NCBI GenBank assembly: GCA_030704615.1
Contig: CM060732.1
Span: forward strand, 62,062,001-62,126,000
Length of the DNA stretch: 64,000 nt
Direction of reading: 5' to 3'
From: Takakia lepidozioides
Lineage: Eukaryota; Plantae; Bryophyta
In this document: positions 10,793-24,519 of the stretch, in pieces
Layout of the letters: each line of letters begins with the position of its first letter
How positions within the stretch are numbered: position 1 is the stretch's first letter
Translations under genes and position numbers: made by a program
Notes under the pieces: model-generated
Database searches by the model: none
What the model was told of the DNA's origin: nothing
What the model saw: only the letters and a program-made list of their open reading frames with translations

Positions 10793-13060
10793 AGATAGAT
10801 CATCTACCTCTCAAAGCCCTTAAAACTCCTCGAGAATTGTCCGGCATACTTGCTAGATGGTCTTTACTTCTACAGGGCTTTGAATTTGACATTGTTTACA
10901 AGAAGGGGAAGGAAAACAGCAACGCTGATGCGCTTACTCAGGGAGAAACCAAAACGTCTGTTCCTTATAGAACTCTAGATGACTTGGCTCGCATGTAGAA
11001 TCCTGATCGTTTGCTGCCTGATTCACATCCACGTGTATCCTTTTTGAGTTTGATGGATGAGTTACCCTATGCCATTACGCCTGCTGGGGATCTCATCACT
11101 TTTGATGTTCATTAAGATGGTCACTTTGGTACTTACATGTCTAGACAAAGTCTTCTTTGCTTGATCACTGCTGCCTGGTTACTACAGCAGTACCTTCTTC
11201 TTCTTCTTCTTCTTCTTCTTCATGGCCATGTGTTTCTTATGGTTACTTCCCTTAGGACCTGTACTTCATGCCCAGTCTACCATCATAGGTAAGCCTGATC
11301 CAGATGCGCTGCATGGTTCCATTATTTGAAGACCACAGGGGCAGACACTTCTGATTACCTGCTATTAACCCATTGTTTCCTTGGCTCTGTGTACGATAGG
11401 CATGGATGACTCCCTATTCGCAGCCCTTCTCCACAAGTGCAAGGCCGGCACACAACTCCCAAGTATTTCCAAGACACTTCAAAGGCAAGTTAACTATCAC
11501 CTTCCCTGTCATGTGGAACGTGAAGGTAAATTGTTAAAGAACATTGTCTTGGATGGCCTTATCAAAACCGTGGAGGTTCCTAATAGGAGCTCAATTCCAG
11601 AGTTGCTTGAATTATATCATGCCTCACCTTTTGCTGGTCACTTTGGTGTGACAAAGACTGTCAAGTGTTTGCAAGAACTGTATACTTGGAAGGGTATGCA
11701 TCAGGACATTGCCTCATTTGTTTCTAAGTGTGTTGAATGTCATGCCAAGACATTGCTTCCTCGGGCTCGCGCTTCATTACCCATGCATGCAGCCTATACC
11801 TGTCACTGGCCCTTTTGACAGGGTAGGCTTAGATCTTGTGGGACCTCTTAAACTCACCGAGAAGGGTCACTCCTACATAGCCGTGGCCACTGACTACTTC
11901 TCTAAATGGGTTGAGTTCCACTTTTGGTCGCGAAGGATGCAGATTCAGTCGCACAATTTTTCTTTGATGAAATCATTCTAAGGCACGCATGTCCTCTTGA
12001 GATACTTACAGATCAGGGTACCGAGTTCTGCAATCAGCTGATGCAGGTGATATGCTTCAATCTTGGGGTAAAACACCGCACCACGACACCTTATCATCCC
12101 CAATGCAACGGTCTAACTGAGCGATTCAATAAGACCATGTGTTCCATGTTGGAGAATAATGGTTCTCTGTTGGGTGATTGGGATGTGGCTCTTCCAGTTT
12201 TGATTTTTGCTTATAGGACATCCGTTCATGCAAGTACCGGGTATACACCCTTTGAGCTAGTATATGGCAGACTTGCTCGCAGCCCTTTACATGACACTCC
12301 GCTGATTCCAGTCACTAGTACTGACCCCATTGATTGGGATTCATTCTTGGTTGAGATGACTGCTAAAAGGCAAAAACTCCAATCTTCTGCCAAAACTAAC
12401 ATAGCCAAGGCCCAAGCAATTCCGGCTCGCAATTATAATCGGCGTGTGTGCTATTCTGAAGAATTTCTGCAGGGTCAATCTGTGTGTCCGGCTCCAGCAA
12501 GGGAAAATCATTTCCAAGGCTTCCAAGCATATCGAGGGCCCCTATCTGATTGCGGAAGTCTTGAGGGGCAGACAGTTTAAGCTGCTCCCTCAACATCCCT
12601 CTGTCCCTCCTCTTTCCCACACTGTCCATCTTGATTCTCTTGTGCATTGCAAATTAGTTTTTGATCTCACTTGTATTAATTTTGAGGGCCGTCGTGTTAT
12701 TCTAACCCCTGGCCGTGCTGCATGAGTGCAGATCATAAGTTCCTGCTTTTTGCTTTTAAAACTTGACTTTGTCAGAATCTGTTGCACGAGTCAGGTGGTT
12801 ATCGGGAGACTTCCTTCCCTTGAGATATCTGTTTACTAAAAGAGCTTACATCAATTGTATGGTTTGGGGTTTTTCCTATTGGGGGTTTTATCCTTCACCC
12901 ACCTTGCAGGGTAAGGTTTTCCCCCACAGGTTTTTTCATCCCTCTCCTATTGGATGCCTAGTCCTTCTTTTGAAGTTGAATTTGGCTCGGTGGGCCTTGC
13001 ATTGGTAAACTTTCTGAAGCTCGCTGGAGCTCACTCCTCCTGGCGTGGGCGGGTCTTACA
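10793..13060 (+). mobile_element. Second Ty3/Gypsy remnant (RNase H end, integrase, probable 3' LTR)
   Basis: DHLPLKAL...LARWSLLLQGFEFDIVYKKGKENSNADAL; YHASPFAGHFGVTKT...CVEC; PFDRVGLDLVGPL; ILTDQGTEF; YHPQCNGLTERFNKT; STGYTPFELVYGR. LTR-like end GGTCTTACA at 13060. Confidence 0.88.
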
Positions 13061-13842
13061 TATGTAAGATGGAGTATTCCACTAGTTGCAGATGCTCTTC
13101 TGTTCGTTGGCTGGATGAAAAGCAAGGTGGTTGGTGAAGCTAATTAAATGTGCCTAATGTTAGCCTAGGCCCTTGTCTCATTCCAACAGTAACCTAATCA
13201 GACAGGGTGGTTGCTGACGTGTGGAAGAAACTTAAAGAAATCATGGCAGCCAATAAGAGGCCACCATTTACCATTCTAGATTAGCCCTTTTCTTAATATA
13301 AAAAGCGGATGGCTTATGCCAAACGCAGGATGGTTTGGGTGATCAGCACTGTGTACTTGGATGTGCCGGGCATTTGGATGATTTGCACTTGATACCCCTG
13401 CATGTGATTAGATTGGCCCACCTGTGAGACTCCTCTAGCGAGAGATCCTTCCCATCTAGCTTGGCGTGCTTTACTGGCTATTTCCCCACTTGAGCGCCCA
13501 AACACACAGAGGAAAAAGGAATATTCCCCGGGTAGAGAAGTTGGTCTTACAGGCGGAGGCCCCTCTTCTGTAATTTTTTTTTTTTTTTTTTAAAAAACTT
13601 CATAAGTACTAGGTAGGGGCTCTCCTTTATATACCTCGCGGGGCGGTGGGACACATGTCAGCCCTAGTAACCGCCATGTCACATCTTCTTACCCCAATTT
13701 GCAACCTGAACCCTCCCCAATTTAATAGCTGTCGGGTTATGCCTTCTTTTTTCTTACCCCCCCTACATACAATTAGTAATTCAAATCATGGTCTTCTTAG
13801 CCTTAATACAAGCTTTTCACGTTCCCTGTGGGCCCTAGTTAA

Positions 13843-14877
13843 CCCCTAAACGACGAGCCGACCCGAATCGGGTCGGCCCGATTTTTCATCCATCCATAGC
13901 ATGCACGGATGAAGTCTGATGAACGAGCCGCTTCAACAAAAAATGTAGCGCGGAACGAGCTGCACACGCAGGTCTTATGACGCCCCCAACAGAGAAAAAC
14001 TCCGCCGTCAGGATTTTTTTGAAGTTTGGAAATTGCAGGATTTTGGGTGGGAGAAGGGGAGGGGGCACGGCAGTTGACCGTCGACGTGGCAGGTGGCAGT
14101 GGCCATGCGGGTGGGATTTTGCGGCGGGGGGCAATGCAGGGGTTGGAGTGGGGGGCTTGTGAGGCCCTCCCCAAAAAGCCGACGAACAAGGGGACGGCTC
14201 GAATGAGCTGGCCCTAGCAAATAATGGGGAACCTCGATGTGGCCCGGAAAACGTCGCCGGATTCAGGCGACATTCCGGCCACCGATTGCCTAACCTGAAG
14301 GAGGCCGGAAATTTCACAAAATCCCACATCCCAAATGCAATTTAGGGAATTTTTGGGAAATTCTTGGGCAGGCTTGTGTAGTTCTTGGCCTATGAGGGAC
14401 TGACCGTTGAAATTCCCAAATGAAGGAGAATTTGGGGTCCCAATGGGGCCTATACCATTTCCTTTGCAAATTCTCTTTTTGGAACCCCATTCCAGTCACA
14501 TACAAAGCACCCCCCCTTTCATTTTGGCAGATTGGGGTGAAATTTGGTGTGAGGGTTTGGGATTGTGCACTTCACAGGAATATAGCACTTTTTCTCCCAG
14601 GAAAATTTGGGATCATGGATAATTTGCTTGGTCAAACATGAACTTTTGCTTTGTTTTTTCCATTTTCAAAAAAATGCACCGTCTTCAAATGTTATAATGT
14701 CCCAAACTACACGGTGGAATCTCCCCAAATTTGGGGGGCTTGTGCATCTGGTAGGTAGGAAGCAGTTTGTACGGTTCATCCAATTGGATGAACGTTGGTG
14801 GGCAGGTAGCCGCTGACGTGTGAGGGTGGGTCCCGGAATTGTCCAAAAACCCAAAATCACCTCTCGTCCTTTAGGGG
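13843..14877. mobile_element. Non-autonomous piggyBac-like element (15-bp TIRs, TTAA target duplication)
   Basis: TTAA(13839-13842)-CCCCTAAACGACGAG ... CTCGTCCTTTAGGGG-TTAA(14878-14881). TIRs match at 14 of 15 positions. No transposase ORF recognised inside. Confidence 0.78.
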
Positions 14878-15440
14878 TTAACTCCTAACCCCTTCAAACT
14901 TGGGGTCCTTAATGATTGGAGACATGGGGCATAGACTACACTCAAAATAGTCTTTGTGAAATTGGAGACATTTGGTCTTCAGGAAAAACACACAAATGAG
15001 AACAGCCTATTTGTTTGGGGAAACTTGTCCTTGGGTTCTTTCTTTGTTGTGGCATACTAATCCTGCATCACTGCCCTCTCGAAGGCTAAATCCTTGAACC
15101 ATGTACTGAAGGGGAAGAGTCCCATTGTGAAGTATCAAGAAGAGAGCACATGCAAATGCAGCATAGTGCCCTGGCGATCCAAACTCTGTGTATCACGATC
15201 AGCATGCTGGACTGCTAATAAACCCGTTCGGAGATTCAGCAGGCTGACCTTCATTTCATGTGTTGAAGAATGGGGTCCATCACAAGAATACAAGCCAGAG
15301 AGCCAAGAGATATGTTTGCACGTTGATTCCAGAAAGGCAAATGTAAAAGGACCCAGCCTTGTACACTAACTGCATTAGACTACAGTACTGCGCTTTGCCT
15401 GCTTCGAGTCCTCAGTATCAGTTGTTTCGTCACCTAATGA

Positions 15441-15728
<288 letters not shown>

Positions 15729-15905
15729 TGAATGATCACTATGTGTAGAAATCATGACATCACAGTCATATGCATGGGCTGGGAAGACGTAAGGTTGAGG
15801 GGCAGGACTGCAATGCACGTTCAGTACCTACTACCTTGAAGATGGAGAGTACAATTGTCCTGTTCTTCTTGCTCTTGAGCTGGCCATCATGGGTCGGTGA
15901 ATTTT

Positions 15906-15932
15906 GAGAGAGAGAGAGAGAGAGAGAGAGAG
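15906..15932. repeat. (GA)n microsatellite upstream of the kelch gene
   Basis: Perfect GA dinucleotide run. Confidence 0.95.
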
Positions 15933-16110
15933 CTACCTGGGTTTGAAGTCCCTGATGCGGTTTCAAGAAACTTATATTCCAAGACACACTAAGAAGGACT
16001 AGTGAGTTTGTGAGAGAGACGAAAGAGGAGATGAATATCATAGAGGTAGAAGTTACGTAAAAACCCAATCAGCAGAGGTTGCTCTAACTTGTGTGTGCAA
16101 GACAGAGAGA

Positions 16111-18947
16111 ATGGGGAAGTCAGGGGAAAAGTTGAGAGCGTTGAGGTGTGTGGCAGTGGTAGCGTGTGTGGGTCTGATAGCAGCCACGGTCGCCACCAAC
16201 CTTGTGTGGGCGGTGTCCTTTACCTCTCTCTTGTTCCGAGAACGCACTCCATCTTCTGCCATTCTTCAGACAGCCCTAGCTGTAAGTGATCCCTTGCACT
16301 GCACTGAATTGACCACGAGGGGGGGGAGAGAGAGAGAGTCGCCATATCCTCTTTGCGATAAATCCTGTGCTCAGTGTACCAGTGGGAGAGAGAGAAGAAG
16401 GGTGATTAAAGACCGTTCGTGCAATGTTCTTTCCGCCATAGACATACCTCACGGGGTAGAGAGAGGCCTGGCTTTGCAGAAGGATGCCTAGGAGGACATC
16501 CTAATCAATATTGACCTTGTTCTCCCATTCATTTGTACTTGGCAATTATTTGAAAGTTTTTGGAGCTGTTGGGTTAAGCTATTGTGGATTGCAGTTAGAT
16601 GACGATGACGAAAAAATGCCAGCCTTGAAGTGGGAGGAGGTGGCACAAGCTCCCGTCGCGCGCTTGGATGGTGCAGCAATCCAGATTGGCGATTCTCTTT
16701 TCGTTTTTGCTGGTTACGCTACCATCAATGAAGTAAGCTTCTTCCCTTCTTTGTCCTTAAAAGTTAACCTTCGATAAACATAAATCCGCCTCGGGATTAT
16801 GCCAGCCACCGTTCGCATGATTAATCTGTCTGTCTCTCTCTCACACACACTGACAGCACGCGCGTACCTCCTCTCATTTCTAATTTGCTGGCGATAAAGA
16901 GGGGCACATTTCTGATGAGGTTGCGTGGGGTCAGGTGCATTCCCATGTGGATGTCTTTAATTTGAGCAACAAGACATGGGGTTCACGCATTGCAATGCCC
17001 GAGCAGATGGCACACTCCCACCTCGGCATGGCGACTGATGGGCGCTATATTTATGCTGTGAGTGGCCAGTATGGACCACAGTGCAGGAGCCCAACTGCAC
17101 AGAACTTTGTATTGGATACTCAGACATACCTTTGGTCTCAGCTTCTACCGCTACCAGTTCCAAGGTATAAACAAGCCTGTGATCTGCAGGTGAAGGAGAT
17201 GTAATTGAATTTTCGGAGGCAGGGTGGTGGAAATACAATGGGTCGCTATTGTATGTTGGGACATCCAGTGTTCAGGTTTTAAGAGAATGAAGTTCTAAGT
17301 TGAACATCAAAGGTACTTGCATGAGCTGGTGGTATTTTAGGTGCTGTGTGGTATTCATACGTTAAAAGACACAGTCCCTCTGCATTTCCTACCTTTGAAC
17401 ACTCCAGGTGGTTCTGCTGGGATGGAAGCGGGAGGGGAAAGCCATGGATACATCCCTATTGAAATGGGCACAATACAAATGGAATTCCAAGATGATGGCC
17501 CTGACCCTTTAAAGTTCTGGCACGAGGGTATTGAAAGCTCCAATCTACTTGAAATGTCCACTGGAAGACTCGATAATACCTGAAAGTAGGTTATGGGGAA
17601 GTGTGGCAGGTATGCACCAGCCACACAGCTATGGAGGGGACGACTGCATGTGATGGGGGGCAGCAAAGAGAACCGCTGTGACCCTGCCCTGGATCATTGG
17701 AGCCTTGGTGTACACGAAGGCAAGGCCTTGGAAGCTGAATGGCGGAAGGAGCTGCCTATTCCTCGGGGTGGCCCCCACAGGTCCTCCCTCTCTTTTGTGT
17801 TTTCTCCACACCTAGATTAGTTTGAAAGGATGGCTTCCAGAACAGGGGGCTGATTCCAGATGGATAGATCTTTGTCACAGGATTTGTTGCTGTGGTAGCT
17901 AGTTGTAAATTGGTTAAGGGGCTGGCTAAAATTTGTGCACCATTAGTAGCTAGACACATGAACACTGGGTGTTGGGGTAGCATCAAACAGCCTCGGTTTG
18001 CCCAGCTACAAGAGTGGGGCTGGTTACAGCTGTAGGGACAATGTCTGCTGATAGGGGTTTTGTGGTAACAGGGCATGTGTTGTGGTAGATGACCGGCTGT
18101 ATGTGATAGGGGGCCAGGAGGGTGACTTCATTGCGAAGCCTGGTTCTCCCATCTTCAAATGCTCTCGACAGAATGAGGTTCAATTCCTCCTGTTTGCTCT
18201 ACAACTTGTGGAGTGATTGCATTGCAAATTTAGCTGAGCATCATGTGCAGATATTTGAAAGGTATCTTTAATTGATTAAACAGTAATTCATTGAACTAAT
18301 CATTGAAAGGGATCTTTAATCAATCTGTATTTCCCTGAGTAAACAGTAATTCATTGAACTAAAACAAACTTAGAGATGCAGCTCGATTCACCTTGATGTG
18401 GATGTGATCCACATGGTTATGTGCAAAGAAAAATGTTTGGTTGCAGGTGGTGTATGGAGATGTGTATTTGCTGGAAGGTGGGCAGAACGAGTGGAGGGTG
18501 CTGCCATCCATGCCTATAGGAAACTCTCATATTGAGTTTGCATGGGTTGTTGTGAACCATTCCATCATCACAATGGGTGGCTCTACGGAGAAAAACCCAG
18601 TTACCAAACGCATGGTCCTAGTTGGTGATGTGTTGGAATTCAATACACAGACTCAGGTCCACTCTCTAACCTATTCACTTTCCTTTGCCCTACCTATTGG
18701 TGCTATTCAAGGATGTCCTTTCTTCACCACAGTAGTTCGAAAGCCAGGTGATGAGGGTGTATGGTTGGGAAGGCAGGCCTGGAGAACACTTGGTCGCATG
18801 CCATACAGAGTGAAAACAACACTAGCTGCATATTGGGAAGGATGGCTTTATTTTACGGCCGGTCAAAGAGACAAAGGGCCAGATGATCCCTCTCCAAAAA
18901 AGATCATGGGCAAAACGTGGCGCAGCAAGTTGAGTTTACCAAACTGA
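16111..18947 (+). CDS. Kelch repeat-containing protein (At3g27220-like) with N-terminal transmembrane anchor; 7 exons approx. 16111-16281, 16595-16732, 16935-17164, 17610-17780, 18072-18177, 18448-18656, 18777-18947
   Basis: APVARLDGAAIQIG..FVFAGY; MAHSHLGMATDGRYIYAVSGQYGPQCR; YAPATQLWRGRLHVMGGSKENR; PIPRGGPHRAC; GGQEGDFIAKPGSPIFKC; SHIEFAWV; PYRVKTTLAAYW...GQRDKGPDDPSP. GT-AG introns, with no disruptions seen. Confidence 0.93.
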
Positions 18948-19827
18948 AATCTGCTTGGAATGTTAGTTGGGTTGATATCATAGTCTGATTGATCCATGAG
19001 GTCAGAACCCATTTCATACTAAATTTGGTGATGTAAGAGATCTCTCCTTTTGGGGTTTTGTACAACCCTTCATGGGCCAACAACGGAACTCAATAATTAT
19101 AGCCCTGTTGATTTCTGCAGCATGTCCCCAAATCTCATATTGAATTCTTCCAAAAGAAATTAGGCATCTTCACATAGGGGCCGAATGGTGTATGAAAAAT
19201 TCCCTTGATCAATTTGTTGTCTTGGCCCAATTTTTCTTTATAATGTTTCTGCCAAGAATATCTCTGCCGGAACTCTCCTCCCGAAGCTGAACCATACTCA
19301 TAAGGCTAGGCTAGAGGCGGAGACCTCGAGAGACAGGGGAGGAGAGAAAGTTCTCTGTCCTAAAAACTCGACTACAATGAGCCATTGTGGCAGAGCCCAA
19401 GGTAGGGGATGACTTTTTTCACGGAGGGAAAACGCATCAGTGCCTTAAAATAATATAAAAGGACAAAATCTGGCTTGAACCCATCAATGCTTATTTTATT
19501 ATTTACGCATGCATGTCCTGGACTATTGAATGTAATGGCAGGGATGAATTCTCAACGAGATTCATTCATCTGTTAGGGCCGCGATAGTTCCCCGCAACAG
19601 GGAATGAAAGCAATATGTTCCCAATCCCGTTACGGCCACTAACTTCAACAATGAAGCCATTTTGAGTACATATGAAGTTGTAATTTGTTCATGTCTAGTA
19701 TAGGCATACCCGCAAGTGCACCACAAACTCAGTCAACAAGCTTTCATCTCTACAGTTCCCTTACACCACAAATGTGATACACAAAATTGTTTGAAGCAAC
19801 ACAATATCTTTTGTGCTCTTTCTCCTC

Positions 19828-22800
19828 TTACCAATAACCTCCACACGAACAAATCCCATCTTTGAAGTGGTCAGTCATCACACACCCGAAGATTCTTCAT
19901 GACACGGATAGTTGTCCCAGAGGCTGTACTGATGAGCCCAAATGCAATGGCCAGTTTCTCACTGTGGTGGCAAAGAGAATCTTCCTTTGCATCCTCCTCT
20001 ACATCATGCAACACAAAGCCAGCGTTAGACACATAACCTGCTGCCTTCATCTGCCCAGCCAAGTTCTGCAACTGAGCATGAACTTTCAATTTGTGGGTGC
20101 AATTTGTCTTTTACCAGAAATGCGTGCACCTGGTTGTCCACCTCAATCGAGCTGTGACCTGCCTCTATCTCTCTTCTTGATCGAATTTCTCATCTTTGCT
20201 TTATCATCCCACCTGCCAGCTGCGGCGTAGATACTTGATAGCAGCACTAAAGCTCCAGGGTCCTGGGGCTCCAATTCGAGAATACATTTTGCGGCACGTT
20301 CTGCTAGCTCCACATCACCATGGATTCTACAGGCACCAAGCAATGCCTTCCACACCGTAACACCAGGTTGAAATGGCATTCTTTTGATGAAGTGCTCTGA
20401 CTCATGCAGACACCCGGCACGGCCAAGAAGATCCACCATGCAGCCAAAATGCTCAACTGCAGGAGTAACGCCATGGTCTGCACTCATGGAGTCAAAGTAG
20501 TGACGGCCTTCATCTACAAGGCCGGCATGGCTGCATGCAGATAAAACAGAAATCCAGGTAATACTGTCCGGATTTAACCCTTCCTGTTGGAACTCATCAA
20601 AGAGTTGGAGGGCTTCCCTACCATGCCCATGCTGGGCATATCCTGCAATCATCGAATTCCATGAAATCAAATTTCGCGTAGCCATCTTAGCAAAGACTTC
20701 ATGGGCATCTTCTATACTGCCACATGTGGCGTACATATGCAAAAGGGTATTTCCCAAATAGATGTCTGGTACAATTCCACTGTTGCTGATGTCAGCATGG
20801 AACCCCTTGCCCATTTTTAGGGCTCCTAGGCTGGCACACGCATTGAGCACAGCAGCAAAGGTGACTGCATTGGGCCTCACACCTTCCTGTTGCATTTGAT
20901 CATAAACATTGAAAGCCTCTTCAACAGGGCCACATCGGACATATCCTACAATCATTGCAGTCCACGAGACCACATCTCGTTGAGCCATACTGTTGAACAC
21001 TTGACGTGCATCCTCTATGTTCCCACATTTGGCATACATATCAACAAGAGTACTCTCCAGAACGCTATCTGGCATGATTTTACTTTCACTGATGGCAGCA
21101 TGTACCTGTTTGCCTTTTTCCAGGGTTCCTAGGCTGGCACACGCATTCAGAACACAAATGAATGTGACTATGTTGGGCATCACTCCTTCCTGTTGCATTT
21201 GCTCATACATTTTGAAAGCCTCTTCAACAGGGCCTCGTCGGGAATATCCTGCAATCATCGCATTCCATGAGACCACATCGTGCTTGCCCATATGGTCAAA
21301 CACTTGACGTGCATCCTCTACATCCCCACATTTGGCATACATGTCAACTAGGGTACTTTCTAGAAGGATATTTGGCACAACTCTGCTTTCACTGATGTCA
21401 GCATGGACTCGTTTGCCGCTTTCCAGGGATCCTAGGGTGGCACACGCATTGAGAACACAAATGAATGTGATCATGTTAGGATTCACCCCTTCCCCTTGCA
21501 TATGGCCATAGATTGTAAAGGCCTCTGCACAACAGCCACATCGGGTACATCCTCCAATCATTGCATTCCATGAGACCACATCTCGGTTAGACATATTGCT
21601 GAACACTTGACGTGCATCTTCTATGCTGTTACATTTGGCGTACATGTCAATGAGGGTATTCTCAAGAATGATATCCGGTGCAATTCCACTTTTGCTCAGG
21701 TCAGCATGGACCTGCCTGCCTCTCTTCAGGACTCCAAGGCTGGCACAGACACTGAGAGCGGTAGTGAATGTGACCCTGTCAGGCATCACCTCTTCCTGTA
21801 GCATCTTATCATAGATTTCCAAAGCCTCCTCAGCATGCCCGTGCTTTGCATATCCTCCCATCATCATTGTCCATGTAAACATGTCTCGTTTAGGCATTTT
21901 GTCGAACAACTGGCGTGCATCCCCAACGCTCTTGCACTTGGCGTACATGTTTATAAGAGCATTGACTAGAAAGGTCTCTGGCTTGAATCCACTTTGAAGA
22001 ATGTGGCCATGCACCTGCTTTCCCTCTGACAGGGCTTTCATGTTGGCACACCCCTGCAAGAGACACACATAAGTATTGGAGTCTGCCCGAATGCCTGGTT
22101 GTTTCAACATGTGTACTGCCTCTTTTAGGTGCCCCTGCTTACATAGTGTTCTCACATTCCCTTTCGTGCCAGAAGATTTCTTGTGGACGCCCTCTCTTGG
22201 TTCCCGTTCAAAAGCACTGGTGATAGTAGAGGTACTAGTACTACTGCCACTCTGTCCAAGAATCCATTCTGCCTGATTCAACCCTGCCATCCTGAGGGAC
22301 TCAAAATCTCAATTAGATGCACATCACCAAAACTTGAAGAATTGAGAGATTTCTCAGTGAGAAAGGCCTCTTCACTACATGTTAACAGTGGTCCAACAAA
22401 ACTGAAGTCATCTACATTTAGCATTGTCTAGCAATTGTTCTCTTTGAACTTCAAATCTTCCAATAACAATACCCGCTGCATGTTTGGCCTGCTTTATGGA
22501 AATTAGAACCATCACCAGATTCTCCTCGAACTTGTGTCAAGGCGGCCAGCTCTGCTTTCACCCACTTGGGATTCGACTGACTCTCAATCCACAGGGCCTC
22601 CTTAGTGCGTTTATGTTTGAAGTCTGGGTATCTCGAGTTTTTCTGTGGACAACGCAAGTGTGTGGCAGAGTTTCAACCATAACCCCGTTCAACCGGCACA
22701 GCTGCACAAGCTATTTCATATGACAGGTCTTTTGAATCTCCTCATTCAACCAGAAGAATGACAGTTATGACAAAAAAAAATCACCAGTCTTATCATGCAA

Positions 22801-23267
22801 AACATATCATGTTAGCTTCAGGACGGAAAAGATCTGCTCCTTCAAAAGCTGAAGGCCAGAAATCCAAGGGTGCTCAACTCATTACTCACCTTATCAAATC
22901 TGTTGTCCCACCACTGCGAAGGATCTGCCATGAATTCCTGCCAGAGCTGTTCTGTGCTTACTGCCCTGGCTGCATGCAAATACCACTAGAAATGAGAATC
23001 TGTAGCAGCTCAAAATCTTACAGACTCCTGCGTGGCTGAGTCTCGTTGAGGTCTGTACTCTGTACCTTTCTCGGTTTCTCTCCGAAGCTTGGGAGGCGCC
23101 ATAGCCACCACTTCCAAGGGTCTCCGCTCCGGCAATGAGAGGATGGATGCATCTGTCAGGTCCACTGCCAGGCCACTTACTCGGCTGCATGATGTGAGGC
23201 CTCCCTCTTGTTGCACCAAAGAAGAAGAGATGCCACTGGAAATTGCGTGTACCTCGCATGCTGCCAT
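19828..23267 (-). CDS. PLS-class PPR protein with N-terminal OSB-type PDF motif, E domain and disrupted DYW domain; exons 23267-23066, 22969-22890, 22642-22473, 22291-20143 (stop), with the DYW remnant continuing to 19828
   Basis: 715-aa open frame of P-L-S repeats plus E motif (HFGCMVDLLGRAG...WKALLGACRIHG...LLSSIYAAAGRW). Upstream exons splice in frame with phases 1, 0, 2. Downstream HHSEKLAIAFGL...KNLRVCDD and HFKDGICSCGGYW* lie in shifted frames. Confidence 0.9.
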
Positions 23268-24519
23268 TTCCGTGTCTCTAATATTGAGAGAGAAGCAGTG
23301 GTAATGGAATCTATGACATGATTGTGAACCCCACTGAACTTTGGGTTTGCCTGTTCAAAAAAACAAAAAATGCATGCCTACAATCGTAGTGACGAGTTTG
23401 CATTTGCTCTTCTACAAGATCACCTTTCCTTCTCATGACATAACAGTAACCCAAAAGCCCCACATGGGCGACAAGTGATAAGATCCAGCGCAATTCTATG
23501 TCACACCAGCCGGATGAACACCACTCCAAACAATGACGCACGGATATCGTGAGCTTTTGCAAAACAAACTACACAGGCAAACTGGCAAATGAGCACAATT
23601 GCTGTGACACTTCGAGGCGAAAAACAAAACTACCCTGAAGACCTCTGGAATCATAAGCTATGGCAGCTCTCGCCTTAGCACCCACCCTATGCTCATTCTG
23701 TTTTATCCGCCCTGCTTTCAAAAAAATTCACACCCAACAGTTCCTCATTATCTAATAATTCTACCAATGACCAAGACTAGGGCGGATCATAACTTTGGGG
23801 AAATCTGATTCAACAATTGAAGTGATGATTGTCCAAGTTTGTGTCTCTCTTCAAACTTGAGGAGTAAGGTGAGCTTGGTTATGGCAATGAAGGCTTTGTG
23901 ATCAAGCACATAATCTCCATTTGGGTGAGTGGGAGGGAAGAAGGTACACTATTTGCACTACTTTTTTTTTTTTTTTTTTTTTGAAACAGGGGACTTGGCC
24001 CTGGTTGGTAACTTTATTGCTGAATTATTGGAGGGAAAAAAATTAAAACCCTCGAGGCTGCCATAAGGCATATCGCATGAGAGCCATGCAAGATAACTGA
24101 AGTTCGTTACTGAGGATTCTTCCCGGATATTCCATAAGAAGTAGTGCTCTATCGGCGTGCTCCCTATCCCTAGGGAGGGTGTGTGAACCCCTGGAAAAAA
24201 AACTATGTGACAGAAGACATAGACTGAGTCGAACTGCCGACTAGAGGACTACTAGATAGTGCTAGTAAATCTTCCAGTCCAAGACCAAGCATTGGAAAAG
24301 CGCAAACTGGCCTTCTGCATGCCAAGAAGAAGAAGCCCCAAAAGAGACTTGCACATGTGCCTGACTAGGGTTAAAATAAGGAGAAAACGAGATAGATGGG
24401 GAGACGAGAGGGTAGGGTAGGCGCGAAACGGAACGCTGTGGAGATTGTGAAGTGGAACGGGCGGACGGTGGAGCTGATCAGGGGAGGTGGAGAGAGGCAG
24501 CCGAGCCAGAAAGAATCAA

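Noticed and set aside
13300-13838. Possible additional LTR fragment left of the piggyBac-like element
   Set aside because: It has LTR-like words (GGTCTTACA, a TATA-like tract) but no definable termini, PBS/PPT or TSD.
18255-18362. Short direct duplication in a kelch intron
   Set aside because: An ordinary local duplication of ~45 bp with no further structure.
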